Shown piece by piece: positions 9,646 to 19,848 of a stretch of DNA of 64,000 nt. The stretch covers positions 289,798-353,797 of the forward strand of contig CAVVOB010000030.1 in assembly GCA_963749655.1 (NCBI GenBank), given 5' to 3'. Source of the stretch: Nitrospirota bacterium. Lineage in GTDB: Bacteria > Nitrospirota > UBA9217. A program made the translations under genes and the position numbers. The notes beneath the pieces were generated by a model, which worked only from the letters and a program-made list of their open reading frames with translations, had not been told where the DNA came from and made no database searches. Each line of letters starts with the position of its first letter. Position 1 is the first letter of the stretch.

Positions 9646-9754
9646 GAGATATCTCACTGAAAAATAATGCTTTATTATTTATTAGACCTGGGAATATCTT
9701 CCGTGAAGAGTCCAGCATACCCTAAAAATACCCTTGAATATACCATAGTTTCGA

Positions 9755-9783
9755 TTGCACTTCTATGGCAATTTTGTTATGAT
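9755..9783 (+). promoter_or_regulatory. Probable sigma70 promoter for the aroC operon
   Basis: TTGCAC-17 nt-TATGAT. Confidence 0.45.
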
Positions 9784-9879
9784 GGCCCCAATTTTAAAGG
9801 TATTTTTCATGATATTACGGTTATTTCGACAACATGAGGGTGTTCTTGGCGTAAGGAAATGACGGGAGGGGGAAACATA

Positions 9880-11070
9880 ATGCTGCGATTTTTAACCGCC
9901 GGTGAGTCTCATGGAGAGCTCTTGATGGGCATCCTTGAAGGAATGCCTGCCGGGCTTCTTATCAGGGTCACGGACATTGACCGCGACCTGTCCAGAAGGC
10001 AGGTCGGGTACGGACGGGGCAACCGGATGAAGATCGAAAAGGATTCGGTCAAGATCTACAGCGGCGTGCGCTGGGGGAGAACGCTCGGCAGCCCGATCGG
10101 GCTCATGGTCCGGAACAAGGACTGGGAAAACTGGCGTGACAAAATGTCCCCTGACCCCATGTTTCTGAACTCCGCCGACCCCGTGACCCGGCCCCGGCCC
10201 GGTCATGCGGACCTCGCCGGCGCGCTCAAATACGGCATGACCGACGTACGGAACGTCCTTGAACGCTCGAGCGCGCGGGAGACCGCCATGCGGGTGGCCG
10301 TCGGCGCTGTTGCGAAAAGGCTGCTCGAGGAGTTCGGCATCGAGGTCGTGAGCCAGGTGCTCTCCATCGACGGGGTCTATTCCAAGGTTCCCAAATTGTC
10401 CCTCCCGGAGCTGAAAAAGCGCGTCGAGTCGTCGGAGCTGCGATGCGCGGATCCGGACGCCGAGAAGCGGATGATGCGGAAGATCGACGAGGCAAAGCTC
10501 GCGGGAGATTCGCTGGGCGGCGTGATCGAGGTCATCATTTCAGGCGCTCCCGTCGGCCTTGGCAGCCATGTGCACTGGGACCGGAAGCTGGACGCCAGGC
10601 TTGCCGGGGCGCTGATGAGCATCCAGGCGATCAAGGGCGTCGAAGTCGGCGCCGGGTTCGGAGCGGCGAACCGTCCCGGGTCGCAGGTGCATGACGAGAT
10701 CTTCTGGAACAGGAAGGAAGGCTTCTACCGCAAGACCAACATGGCGGGCGGCATCGAGGGCGGGATCAGCAACGGCGACGTGATCACGCTCCGCGCGGCC
10801 ATGAAACCCATTCCGACGCTCATGAAGCCCCTCCGGTCCGTGGACCTGGCGAGCAAGAAGCCCTTTAAGGCGAGCGTGGAGCGGTCCGACGTCTGCGCCG
10901 TGCCGGCAGCCGGCGTCGTGGCCGAGGCTGCGACGGCCTTCGAGATAGCGGCGGCCCTGATCGAGAAGTTCGGCGGCGACAGCATTGACGAAATGAAACG
11001 GAACTATCATTGGTACCAGAAGCACCTGAAGGCCCGGATGGACGTGGAAGAGGAGCAGGTCAGGAAATAG
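9880..11070 (+). CDS. aroC: Chorismate synthase
   Basis: [38 protein letters not shown] and ERSD motifs. Confidence 0.98.
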   Translation: MLRFLTAGESHGELLMGILEGMPAGLLIRVTDIDRDLSRRQVGYGRGNRMKIEKDSVKIYSGVRWGRTLGSPIGLMVRNKDWENWRDKMSPDPMFLNSADPVTRPRPGHADLAGALKYGMTDVRNVLERSSARETAMRVAVGAVAKRLLEEFGIEVVSQVLSIDGVYSKVPKLSLPELKKRVESSELRCADPDAEKRMMRKIDEAKLAGDSLGGVIEVIISGAPVGLGSHVHWDRKLDARLAGALMSIQAIKGVEVGAGFGAANRPGSQVHDEIFWNRKEGFYRKTNMAGGIEGGISNGDVITLRAAMKPIPTLMKPLRSVDLASKKPFKASVERSDVCAVPAAGVVAEAATAFEIAAALIEKFGGDSIDEMKRNYHWYQKHLKARMDVEEEQVRK

Positions 11071-11148
11071 GGGGCAGGGAGTCGGGAGATATTTCTCGCA
11101 CAAGCGGCACGGCACGAAGCGATCTTCCTGAACTTCCCTCGGCAATTC

Positions 11149-11664
11149 ATGTTCAAAAACATCATCCTGACGGGATTCATGGGCGTGGGCAAGACCAGCG
11201 TCGGCACGCAGCTTGCGAAGGACCTCGGCTACACGTTCGTGGACACCGACCAGCTCATCGAGGCGGACCAGCGCCTTACCATCAACGCCATCTTTTCGAA
11301 GTTCGGCGAACCCTATTTCCGCGAGGTCGAGGCGAAAATCATCGGACAGGTCATGGAGGGAGGGTCCCAGGTGGTCTCCACCGGAGGCGGCGCGGTGATC
11401 TGGGACATGAACCGGGCCGCCTTCAAAAAGGCCGGCCTCGTGGTTTGCCTTACGGCGCGTCCCGAGGTCATTTACGAGCGCATCAAGCATGAGACCCACC
11501 GCCCCCTGATCCAGACCGCAGATCCGCAGGCGAAGATCAGGGAGCTTCTCGACGGCCGTGCGAAATTTTATTCCCAGGCGGACGTGATCATCGACACCTC
11601 GGAAAAGTCGGTTGCCGACGTCATCACCGCGATCAAAGAGAGAATCAAGCATGCATACTGTTAA
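11149..11664 (+). CDS. aroK: Shikimate kinase
   Basis: GFMGVGKT, GEPYFREVE, STGGG and RPL motifs. Confidence 0.97.
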   Translation: MFKNIILTGFMGVGKTSVGTQLAKDLGYTFVDTDQLIEADQRLTINAIFSKFGEPYFREVEAKIIGQVMEGGSQVVSTGGGAVIWDMNRAAFKKAGLVVCLTARPEVIYERIKHETHRPLIQTADPQAKIRELLDGRAKFYSQADVIIDTSEKSVADVITAIKERIKHAYC

Positions 11665-12733
11665 CGTCAGCCTCGGCGAGAGGAGCTACGATATCGAGAT
11701 CGGAACCGGCCTGGACCGGGCCGGAGAGCGGCTTGCCGGGCTCGGGTTCGGCAAAAAGATGGCCCTGGTGACGAACCCCACGGTCAAGGACCTCTACGGA
11801 CAGCGGATCCTGGACAGCCTCAAGGCATCGGGCTTCATGGTCATGCCCGTCGTCATTCCCGACGGCGAACAGCACAAGACCCTGGATTGGGCCAACTCCA
11901 TCTATACGGCGCTTCTCGTCAACAGCTTCGACAGAAAATCCCCGCTCGTCGCCCTCGGCGGCGGCGTGATCGGAGACCTGACCGGGTTCGCGGCCGCGAC
12001 ATTCATGCGGGGCGTGCCTTTTGTCCAGGTCCCGACAACGCTCCTCTCCATGGTGGACAGCAGCGTCGGCGGGAAGACCGGCGTCAACCACGCCATGGCC
12101 AAGAACATGATCGGCGCCTTCTATCAGCCGAAGAAGGTGCTCATGGACCTCGGCGTGCTCAAGACCCTGCCGAGGGAGGAGTTCCTTTCAGGCATGGCGG
12201 AAGTGATCAAGTACGGCGTGATCCGCGACGCTGCGTTTTTCGAATACCTCGACCGCAACCGTGAGAAGATCCTGGCCCTCGATCCCGAGGCCCTTGAGCA
12301 TATCATCCGGCGCTCCTGCGAGATCAAGTCAGAGGTCGTGAGCCTCGACGAGCGCGAGGGGGGGCTTCGTGCGATCCTGAACTTCGGCCATACGGTGGGC
12401 CACGCAGTCGAGACGGCGGAGAATTACACCATGCGCCACGGCTACGCCGTTTCGATCGGCATGGTCATGGCCGCGCGACTTGCCCGCCGGAGCGGCCTGT
12501 GCGACGCGAACCTGGCGGAGCGGACCGAGCAGCTTCTCCGGTCCTACGGCCTGCCCGTGGATTTTTCCGCGCTCGGACGCAGACCGTCCGCCCGGGAACT
12601 CATGGATACCATGCAGATCGACAAGAAAGCCGAGGGCGGCAAGGTGAAGTTCGTGCTGCCGAAAAAGATCGGGGAAGTCGTCGTTACGAAGGAATGGGAT
12701 GAAGGCGTGCTGAAAAGCATCCTGGACGCCTGA
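11651..12733 (+). CDS. aroB: 3-dehydroquinate synthase
   Basis: GGGVIGD, PTTLLSMVDSSVGGKTG, KNMIGAF and LNFGHT motifs. Confidence 0.97.
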   Translation: MHTVNVSLGERSYDIEIGTGLDRAGERLAGLGFGKKMALVTNPTVKDLYGQRILDSLKASGFMVMPVVIPDGEQHKTLDWANSIYTALLVNSFDRKSPLVALGGGVIGDLTGFAAATFMRGVPFVQVPTTLLSMVDSSVGGKTGVNHAMAKNMIGAFYQPKKVLMDLGVLKTLPREEFLSGMAEVIKYGVIRDAAFFEYLDRNREKILALDPEALEHIIRRSCEIKSEVVSLDEREGGLRAILNFGHTVGHAVETAENYTMRHGYAVSIGMVMAARLARRSGLCDANLAERTEQLLRSYGLPVDFSALGRRPSARELMDTMQIDKKAEGGKVKFVLPKKIGEVVVTKEWDEGVLKSILDA

Positions 12734-12758
12734 TTTCCTTTTCTGTAGGGGATACTCA

Positions 12759-13451
12759 ATGAGCGAATACCTCTGGCATTGCCCTTTCTGCAACAGTGAA
12801 CAAGCCGTTACTGAAAGCGGCCGACAGGCGTCTTTTGCCGATCTTACCATCGACAATGCCGAGGGCCCGCGCCGCCTCGTCGTAAAGTTCGTCGTTTGCC
12901 CTGACCCGAAATGCAGAAAATTTTCGCTGACCGTTTCCCTCCATGGCCTTGAAACGAGCGGAAGCCGCTCCTATACGGGGAAACATATCAAGTCCTGGGC
13001 GCTTGTTCCTCCGTCGAACGCCCGGGCCTTCCCCGTGGCCATTCCCCCGCAGGTTCTGCAGGACTATCACGAAGCATGTCTCACCCTGGAGCAGAGTCCC
13101 AAGGTCGCGGCAGCGCTGTCGCGGCGCTGCCTGTCCGCGATGCTGCGTGACTACTGGCAGGTTCAGCCGGGGAGGCTCGTCGACGAGTTCCGTCAGGTCA
13201 AGGGCACGGCTGATCCTCTCACCTGGGAGGCCATCGAGTCGGTCAGGAATACCGGCATGATCGGCGCACGGTTCGAGAGCGAAGGGGCCGAGATCGTCGA
13301 TGCGGAACCCGGCGAGGCCAGGCTCCTGATCGGGCTTATCGAGACGCTCATCCAGGACTGGTACGTGGGCCGGGAAGAGCGGCGAAAGCGGCTGGAACAG
13401 CTGAAGCAGATCACCGGCGAGGGCACGACTGAGAAGGAACAGCCGGATTGA
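12759..13451 (+). CDS. DUF4145-like protein with N-terminal zinc ribbon
   Basis: CPFC...CPDPKC, then DYHEA...SPK.AAALSRRCL..MLRD helical domain. Confidence 0.75.
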   Translation: MSEYLWHCPFCNSEQAVTESGRQASFADLTIDNAEGPRRLVVKFVVCPDPKCRKFSLTVSLHGLETSGSRSYTGKHIKSWALVPPSNARAFPVAIPPQVLQDYHEACLTLEQSPKVAAALSRRCLSAMLRDYWQVQPGRLVDEFRQVKGTADPLTWEAIESVRNTGMIGARFESEGAEIVDAEPGEARLLIGLIETLIQDWYVGREERRKRLEQLKQITGEGTTEKEQPD

Positions 13452-13526
13452 CCTGACGGCGATGCTGGATTTACGGCCTGCCCAGTCCCTCCTGCGGAAG
13501 AATCTCATGTATAATTATACTCAGCC

Positions 13527-14945
13527 ATGAATGCCGCTGCCGCAACATATCTTTCTCAACTCGCTTCCATCACCGATCGCAAAGTATATCTCGTCGGCGG
13601 GTCCGTCCGCGACCTCCTGCTCGGCAGGCAGGACCTCAAGGACATCGACCTGCTGATGCCCTCCGGCTCAGAGGAGGTCGCGCGGAAATTCGCCGAACGG
13701 ATCAAGGGGAGCTTCTTTTTTCTCGACGAAGAGCGCAAGATCACGCGCGTCGTGAAACAGGGCGAAGGCGAAGCTCTCCAGTTCGATTTTACGAACATCG
13801 AAGGTCCGGACCTCGCCGCCGATCTCGGCAGACGGGATTTTACGATCAATGCCATGGCGCTCGATCTGCGGGAGTTTCTCGCACGGGGATCCCTCGAAGG
13901 ATTAATCGACCTGTTCGGCGGAAGAGACGACGTAAAAAACAGGACCATCCGGGTGGCGAAGCCGGCTGTGCTGACGGAGGATCCGCTCCGCCTTCTGCGC
14001 GCAGCGCGGTTTGCCGCGACGCTCGGTTTCCGCATCGAGGACAGGACCGCGGAGCACATTCGCCTGCGCGCGCGGGCGCTCTCCGACGCCGCTCCCGAAC
14101 GGATCCGGGACGAGTTCTTCCTCCTTCTGGCGGAACGTGATGCGGAAAAGAACCTTCAGCTGCTCGATTCGCTCGGTCTGTTGTCCCGTCTGCTTCCCGA
14201 GCTCGAACCGCTGCGCGGGTTTGCGCCGGGCCGGTATCATGTTCACGACGTCCTGACCCACTCCTTGAAGACCACAGGATATCTCGACGCCGTCCTCGAT
14301 GATCTCGCAGACCTGGCTTCCGACCACGCAGACTCCGTTCGCAGCCATCTGGAAGAGCAGTTGGAGCACCAGATCACGAGAAAAGCGGCCCTTCGCTTTG
14401 CCTGCCTGCTCCACGACAACGCCAAACCCGAAACCTTCAGCAGCATCGACGGACATATCCGCTTTCACGGCCATGACCATGCGGGCGCGGAAAAGGCCGC
14501 TTTCATCTGCCGGCGGTTCAGGCTGTCACGGGACACCGAGAAGGCCGTCTCGAAGGTCATCAAGCAGCACATGCGTTTGTTCAATCTCTCAGCGCCCGGC
14601 GGACCGAGCAGGAACGCCCTATACCGATACTGCCGCGATCTGGGCGATGCCGTGCCCGAAGGCCTTCTCCTTGCCCAGGCCGACGCCCGCGCAACCTATG
14701 AGATCATGCCGAAGGAAAAGTTCACCGATACCACGAAAACCATGGCGGCTGTCCTGGACTTTTATTACGGCAAGTTCCTGAAGACCGAGGCCAGGCCCTT
14801 CGTGACCGGCCAGGACCTGATCAACGCGGGCTTCGTCCCGGGGCCGAAGTTCCGCGAAATCCTGGAAGAGGTAAAAGAGCGGCAGGCGGAGGGAGCGCTC
14901 AAGAACCGCGATGAGGCGCTTGACTACCTGAAGAACTTCAGGTAA
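13527..14945 (+). CDS. Class II tRNA nucleotidyltransferase with HD domain (probably CC-adding type)
   Basis: VGGSVRD, DID, RRDFTINAMA, EDPLRLLRAARF, ERIRDE and LLHD motifs. Confidence 0.9.
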   Translation: MNAAAATYLSQLASITDRKVYLVGGSVRDLLLGRQDLKDIDLLMPSGSEEVARKFAERIKGSFFFLDEERKITRVVKQGEGEALQFDFTNIEGPDLAADLGRRDFTINAMALDLREFLARGSLEGLIDLFGGRDDVKNRTIRVAKPAVLTEDPLRLLRAARFAATLGFRIEDRTAEHIRLRARALSDAAPERIRDEFFLLLAERDAEKNLQLLDSLGLLSRLLPELEPLRGFAPGRYHVHDVLTHSLKTTGYLDAVLDDLADLASDHADSVRSHLEEQLEHQITRKAALRFACLLHDNAKPETFSSIDGHIRFHGHDHAGAEKAAFICRRFRLSRDTEKAVSKVIKQHMRLFNLSAPGGPSRNALYRYCRDLGDAVPEGLLLAQADARATYEIMPKEKFTDTTKTMAAVLDFYYGKFLKTEARPFVTGQDLINAGFVPGPKFREILEEVKERQAEGALKNRDEALDYLKNFR

Positions 14946-14965
14946 AACCGAAACGGAGTGTTTGT

Positions 14966-15202
14966 ATGAAGAAAAGAATTGAAGAAATGTCGATCGACGA
15001 ATTGAAAATAGAATTGAACCGCCTCAAGGACAACCTTTGCGACCTCGAGGACATGCACACTTTTACCTTCGGCAAGACCTCGGTCCACATCGGCGCGGAA
15101 AAAGCGCAGAACCTGACCCAGGAATACGAGGATGAATGCCGCCTGTTCAACGAGCAGATCGCGGCAGTGGAGAAGCTGCTGAAGACAAAGGGCGTCAGGT
15201 AG
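14966..15202 (+). CDS. Small hypothetical coiled-coil protein
   Basis: GGAG RBS, host-like codon usage, co-oriented with the upstream gene. Confidence 0.7.
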   Translation: MKKRIEEMSIDELKIELNRLKDNLCDLEDMHTFTFGKTSVHIGAEKAQNLTQEYEDECRLFNEQIAAVEKLLKTKGVR

Positions 15203-15204
15203 TA

Positions 15205-17190
15205 TTATTCCTGTAGCCCTTTCACGAGATCATAGATTCCCGGATAATCGCTTTTTACTGCGTCCGTCTCTTCCCTGAGCATCCTGAGCGCCTCGGGAAT
15301 GTGTTTTTCAAAGTACTTCTTGCCCTTGACCGCGGAAAGGAATCCGTAGGCGCCAAGCGCCTGCATATGGCGCTGGAGCCGGCAGGGGACGAGGCTTTCC
15401 CGGAATACGCCCGCCTGAAATTCGTAGGGCTGTTTTTCCCGCTCACTCACATAGTAGGCAAGCAGTTTTTCCCGCATCCTGTCGTCCAGCCGGAAATAGG
15501 GGTCCCAGAGGATCGACGCAACGTCGTAGGCCGCCGGCGCCATGCGCGCGCCCTGGAAGTCGATGACCCGCGGCATGCCGCCTGCGGTGATCATGATGTT
15601 CTGGCTCTGGAAGTCGCGATGGATCACGCCCTTCGGGTAGGCGTCCACCTTCCGGGCAAGGAGATGGAACTCTTCCTCGATGGCCGTCCGGTTTGACACT
15701 ACATTCCCCTTCATCCCGATCACGAAGCGCTCAAGAAAATAACCGGTCTCCCACCGCAGATGTTCATAGTCGAAGATCCGCGATTTGAGGAGCAGGCATT
15801 CATGCACGTGGCTGGTGATGCGGGAATGAAGCGTTACGAGGACATCGAGGACGCTGCGGTAGATATCCTCGATATGGTCCGCGTCGTGGGGGAACTTCAT
15901 GTAGGAGTAAAGGCTGGTGTCGCCCAGGTCCTCGAAGAGCGCGTGCTTTCCTGCATCGTCGGAAGCGATCAGGCCCGGTACGGGGATCGAATGGCCCGAG
16001 AAGAACCGGGTGTAGACGATATGCCGTTCATAATCCGGGTCGTCAGGCCTGCATTCCATGAGGACCGCCGATTTACCGTCGTTCCGCACGCGGAAGTAGC
16101 GTCGGTCGGAGCCGCCGAGCCCGATGAGGACGGCGTCCGCGCGGATCCCGGATTGCGAATTTCGAATCGCGGATCGAGGCGCTTCGGCTGCGACGCCGAA
16201 GTAGCGCGCGAAGAGCGGATCTGCGAGAGATATCGTCTTTTGCTCCCGCGCGTGGAGCGTGGGCTGCATGTCCGTTTCCCGGAGATCGACGGCATAGTCC
16301 GGACCGATGATCCGGTTTTTCTGTCTGCCTGAAACGCGCGCACCGGGCATCACGATGCAGTTCCTGATCCGCGCCTTGTCGTCTACCGTGCTTCCCTGTT
16401 CCAGCACGACATAGCCGTCTATCCCGATCTTTCCGCACTGCGCTGCAGGAGATCGATGGACCATTTCCCCTGTCTCCCGCAGGGCGTCGAGAACGCTGCC
16501 TGCATAGGCCGCGGGCGTTCCGACGTCGTTCCAGTAGGCCCCGGTGACATCAAGCGCCTGCACGCGGCGCCCCGCTTTCGCGGCTGCGAGCCACGCAACG
16601 GTCGCATGGGACACGCCCGGAGGAAGGAACTGCAGGATCTCGGGCGAGTACAGGGCAATGCCGGTGTAGGCCGTTTTGTTCGCGACGCGGCCCGGATCGG
16701 GCCGGGAGTCCCCGGGGTTCTCGACGTCCAGAACGAGGCCGTTGTCATCGATGACCACATTGCTGAGCCTCGGGATCCGGTGCGTAACAAGTGTGGCGGT
16801 GTTGTTGTTCCGGAAATGGGTCTCGATCAGTCGCGAGAAATCGATGTCGAGGAGGATGTCGGAATTATGGACGATGAAGGGGCACTTGGACAGCAGCAGT
16901 TCGGCGTTCTTGAGCGCGCCGCCGGTGCCGAGGATAGGGTCCTCGGGGAAGAAGGTGATGCGGCTGGTCCAGGGTGACGAACCGGCCCACGATCGTATCA
17001 ACTCCGGCTTCCAGTGAAGGTTGATCCCGATAGCGCCGTCGCACACCGAGGTAAGCCGCTCCAGGATGATCTCGATAAGCGGCTTGCCGAGTATCGGGAG
17101 CAGCGGCTTGGGCAGGTGGTTTGTTATAGGCTTCATCCGCTCGCCGAGGCCCGCGGCGGGGAGAAATATGGTGATTTGATGCTTGAACAT
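15205..17190 (-). CDS. Fused MurU-like nucleotidyltransferase / AmgK-like sugar kinase
   Basis: N-terminal AAGLGERM.P.T...PKPL and LGTGG. C-terminal GGSDRRYFR, EDLGD, IHRDFQSQN, IDFQGAR and QRHMQALGAYGFL. Confidence 0.88.
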   Translation of the reverse strand: MFKHQITIFLPAAGLGERMKPITNHLPKPLLPILGKPLIEIILERLTSVCDGAIGINLHWKPELIRSWAGSSPWTSRITFFPEDPILGTGGALKNAELLLSKCPFIVHNSDILLDIDFSRLIETHFRNNNTATLVTHRIPRLSNVVIDDNGLVLDVENPGDSRPDPGRVANKTAYTGIALYSPEILQFLPPGVSHATVAWLAAAKAGRRVQALDVTGAYWNDVGTPAAYAGSVLDALRETGEMVHRSPAAQCGKIGIDGYVVLEQGSTVDDKARIRNCIVMPGARVSGRQKNRIIGPDYAVDLRETDMQPTLHAREQKTISLADPLFARYFGVAAEAPRSAIRNSQSGIRADAVLIGLGGSDRRYFRVRNDGKSAVLMECRPDDPDYERHIVYTRFFSGHSIPVPGLIASDDAGKHALFEDLGDTSLYSYMKFPHDADHIEDIYRSVLDVLVTLHSRITSHVHECLLLKSRIFDYEHLRWETGYFLERFVIGMKGNVVSNRTAIEEEFHLLARKVDAYPKGVIHRDFQSQNIMITAGGMPRVIDFQGARMAPAAYDVASILWDPYFRLDDRMREKLLAYYVSEREKQPYEFQAGVFRESLVPCRLQRHMQALGAYGFLSAVKGKKYFEKHIPEALRMLREETDAVKSDYPGIYDLVKGLQE

Positions 17191-17197
17191 ATTTTTT

Positions 17198-17303
17198 GCC
17201 ACGAATTTACACGAATTTTCACGAAGAAGGACTTTAAATTAAGATTACGATATGTACGATATGTAAATTTTTTAAATTCGTGTCCATTCGTGTAATTCGT
17301 GGC
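17198..17303. repeat. Decamer tandem + inverted repeat hairpin
   Basis: GCCACGAATTTACACGAATTTTCACGAA ... ATTCGTGTCCATTCGTGTAATTCGTGGC. Confidence 0.8.
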
Positions 17304-17341
17304 TGATTCGTTTTTGAGTCATTCGGGGTTTTTTGCGGCCC

Positions 17342-18529
17342 TCATCGATAGAGCAAATATTTCTTCCGTGTCTTCTCGAACGCCCTCGCTTCTTCCTTCC
17401 ACCACTTTTCCATCCCGTCCAGATCGTTCCACGCTTCGACGTCCTTCCGCAGCCGGTCCGTTCCCGCAAGGATGTCGATGGGAAGGTTGATCTCTTCGTA
17501 TTCGTAGGGCGGCTGGTTCCACTTGAACTCGCGGGGATAGGTGTTGTGGACGGCTTTCAGGATCGCGACGCCGGTCTTGAAAGGCCTGAATTTTTCCCGG
17601 TCCATGACATGGATCTGCGCCCCGCCGCAGAGAGACCCCGCGTGCTTCTGGAACGTGGGCTGGAACGAGAGCGGGCGGAAGACCACGCCGGGAAGCCTGA
17701 ACTCCCGCAGCACGTTCACGATCGTTTCCGCGTGAATGAAGGGCGCCCCGAATATTTCGAAGGGCCGGGTCGTGCCGCGGCCCTCGGACAGGTTCGTCGC
17801 CTCGAGCAGGCACATGCCGGGATAGACGAGCGCCGTGTCGAGGGTGGGCATGTTGGGCGAGGGCAGGACCCAGGGAAGGCCGGTGTGGTCGAACCACATC
17901 TTCCTTTTCCAGCCCTTCATGGCAATGACGCGGTAGTCGAGGTCCCGGTGGAAAGCGTCGCGCAGATATCCGCCGATTTCGCCGATGGTCATGCCGTGGC
18001 GTACGGGCAGCGGCCGCAGCCCCACGAAGGACGAAAAATCGGGCTGCAGCACCGGGCCTTCGGCAAGATGACCGGCAATGGGATTGGGCCGGTCGAGCAC
18101 GAGCACGGATTTGCCCGCCTCGCGGCAGGCCTGCATGCAGAGCTCGAGGGTCCAGATGAAGGTGTAATAGCGGCTGCCCACGTCCTGCAGGTCGATCACG
18201 AGGACGTCGATGTTCGCGAGCATCTCGGGCCGGGGCTTGCGCGCCTTGCCGTAGAGGCTGTAGACCGGCAGTCCCGTGGACGGGTCGCGGAACCCTTCCC
18301 ACTCGATCATATTGTCCTGGGTCTGGCCCAGGATGCCGTGCTGCGGACCGAAAAGCGTCGTGACCAGGAATTTTTTCGAAGCCCTGCAGACCGCGACCGC
18401 GTGCTGCAGCCTGCTGTTCACCGACGCCGGATGGACCACGAGCCCGATGCGGGCGCCCCTGAACTCGCGGGGCCACCGGGCATCAACGAGATCGAGGCCG
18501 GTGCGGGTCAATTTTTTTCCTGTCGGCAT
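17342..18529 (-). CDS. namZ: Exo-beta-N-acetylmuramidase NamZ (DUF1343)
   Basis: LFGPQHG, DLQDVGSRYYT, LDRPNP, RHGMTIGE, PSPNMP and SEGRGTTRPFE motifs. Confidence 0.92.
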   Translation of the reverse strand: MPTGKKLTRTGLDLVDARWPREFRGARIGLVVHPASVNSRLQHAVAVCRASKKFLVTTLFGPQHGILGQTQDNMIEWEGFRDPSTGLPVYSLYGKARKPRPEMLANIDVLVIDLQDVGSRYYTFIWTLELCMQACREAGKSVLVLDRPNPIAGHLAEGPVLQPDFSSFVGLRPLPVRHGMTIGEIGGYLRDAFHRDLDYRVIAMKGWKRKMWFDHTGLPWVLPSPNMPTLDTALVYPGMCLLEATNLSEGRGTTRPFEIFGAPFIHAETIVNVLREFRLPGVVFRPLSFQPTFQKHAGSLCGGAQIHVMDREKFRPFKTGVAILKAVHNTYPREFKWNQPPYEYEEINLPIDILAGTDRLRKDVEAWNDLDGMEKWWKEEARAFEKTRKKYLLYR

Positions 18530-18629
18530 GGCCAGATTATATTGCCTGCGAAGTTGAATAGCAACAGGAAAGTTCCCCCCTGATGCTCCGCACGTTGAAA
18601 ATGCGCGGCGGCTCATCTATAATAGCTCC

Positions 18630-18803
18630 ATGCCCTACAAAGTCGTGGAAACGAGCGTTGTTACCGACGAGGAGATCGAGCGCATCCTGAACGAGTGGAC
18701 GGAGAAAGGATACGTTTTTGAAAGTATCCAGTTCGTGACCGCGGTGTCCTCCAAGAGGCCGTCCATGGCCTTCCTGTTCTTTACGAGGAGTCCTTCAGCG
18801 TAA
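18630..18803 (+). CDS. Small DUF4177-like protein (57 aa, below ORF-track cutoff)
   Basis: Manual translation MPYKVVETSVVTDEEIERILNEWTEKGYVFESIQF...KRPSMAFLFFTR. Confidence 0.75.
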   Translation: MPYKVVETSVVTDEEIERILNEWTEKGYVFESIQFVTAVSSKRPSMAFLFFTRSPSA

Positions 18804-18817
18804 GAAGTCAAAAATAT

Positions 18818-18895
18818 ACCGCAAAGCCGCCGAGAGCGCCGAGGACCCGTCGATCTTTAAGTCTTGTTCTCCGCGTCTCTTCGCCTCGGCGGTTA
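18818..18895. repeat. Nonamer-type tandem/inverted repeat hairpin
   Basis: ACCGCAAAGCCGCCGAGAGCGCCGAG ... CTCCGCGTCTCTTCGCCTCGGCGGT. A related half-site lies at ~44578-44605. Confidence 0.6.
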
Positions 18896-19022
18896 AATCG
18901 GTTTTTCCGAATTCCTGAATCAATGAAACCATAAGAGATCGTGTCACACACGAAACCCCGAAGATCACTAAAGAAAATAATTTCGATTTTATCATCTCCC
19001 GGGCACCGGGAAAGGAGTCTGC

Positions 19023-19722
19023 ATGCACGTCCTGATCATAAAAAACGTCTTCAGCGAAGGCCCGGGAACGATCGAAGAACACCTTCGGACCAGGCGCATC
19101 CCTTATACGCAGATCGACCTCAGCATCGGCGACGCCGCGCCGAACCTGGACGCCTTTTCCCACGTGGTCGTCCTTGGCGGACCCATGGCGGTGTACGAGA
19201 TGCATAAATATCCCTACCTGATCACCGAGGCTTTACTCATCGACCGCGCTATCAAGGCGGGCAAACCGGTCCTGGGCGTATGTCTCGGGGCGCAAATGGT
19301 TGCTCATGTGCTGGGGGCCAAGGTCTACCCCGGCGGAGCGAAGGAGATCGGCTGGTTCGAGGTTTCGCTTACCGAGGCCGGCGCAGCCGATCCCTGCCTG
19401 TCTGCTCTGAAACTTCCGGGAAAAAGCGCTGCGCAGGTCTTTCAATGGCACGGGGACACCTTTGACCTGCCCCGCAGCGCCGTGCGGCTGGCATCATCGG
19501 GCCTCTATCCGAACCAGGCTTTCCGCTACGGGGAAAGCGTTTATGCGCTCCAATTCCATATAGAAGTAACACCGGAGATCGTTCAGACCTGGCTTGCCCC
19601 GGAGAAGGGCATCGATTTCAGCGGGATCAACGCCGATTCAGAGAAGATTCTACGGAGCCTACCGCGAGCGGGCCGCGGCATTTTACGCGCGTTTCTTCAC
19701 ACCATCTCCGGACAGCGAGTGA
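19023..19722 (+). CDS. Class I glutamine amidotransferase-like protein (one extra base near 19648)
   Basis: LGGPM, GVCLGAQ, FQWHGD and QFHIE motifs. Removing one T gives ...KIYGAYRERAAAFYARFF...TGA at 19722, ending before the gspC promoter. Confidence 0.85.
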
Positions 19723-19779
19723 CAGGCGATGGAACGCATCTCCAGGCCTGTAAATCCGCGCTCCTCAACGCGTTAGTAA

Positions 19780-19808
19780 TTGACAACCCTGGATGTAAAG
19801 AGTATAAT
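19780..19808 (+). promoter_or_regulatory. Perfect-consensus sigma70 promoter of the T2SS operon
   Basis: TTGACA-17 nt-TATAAT, 40 nt upstream of the gspC ATG. Confidence 0.85.
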
Positions 19809-19848
19809 TTTCTGAGTTTAAAAGGGCATTTGACGAAGCGAAAGTATT

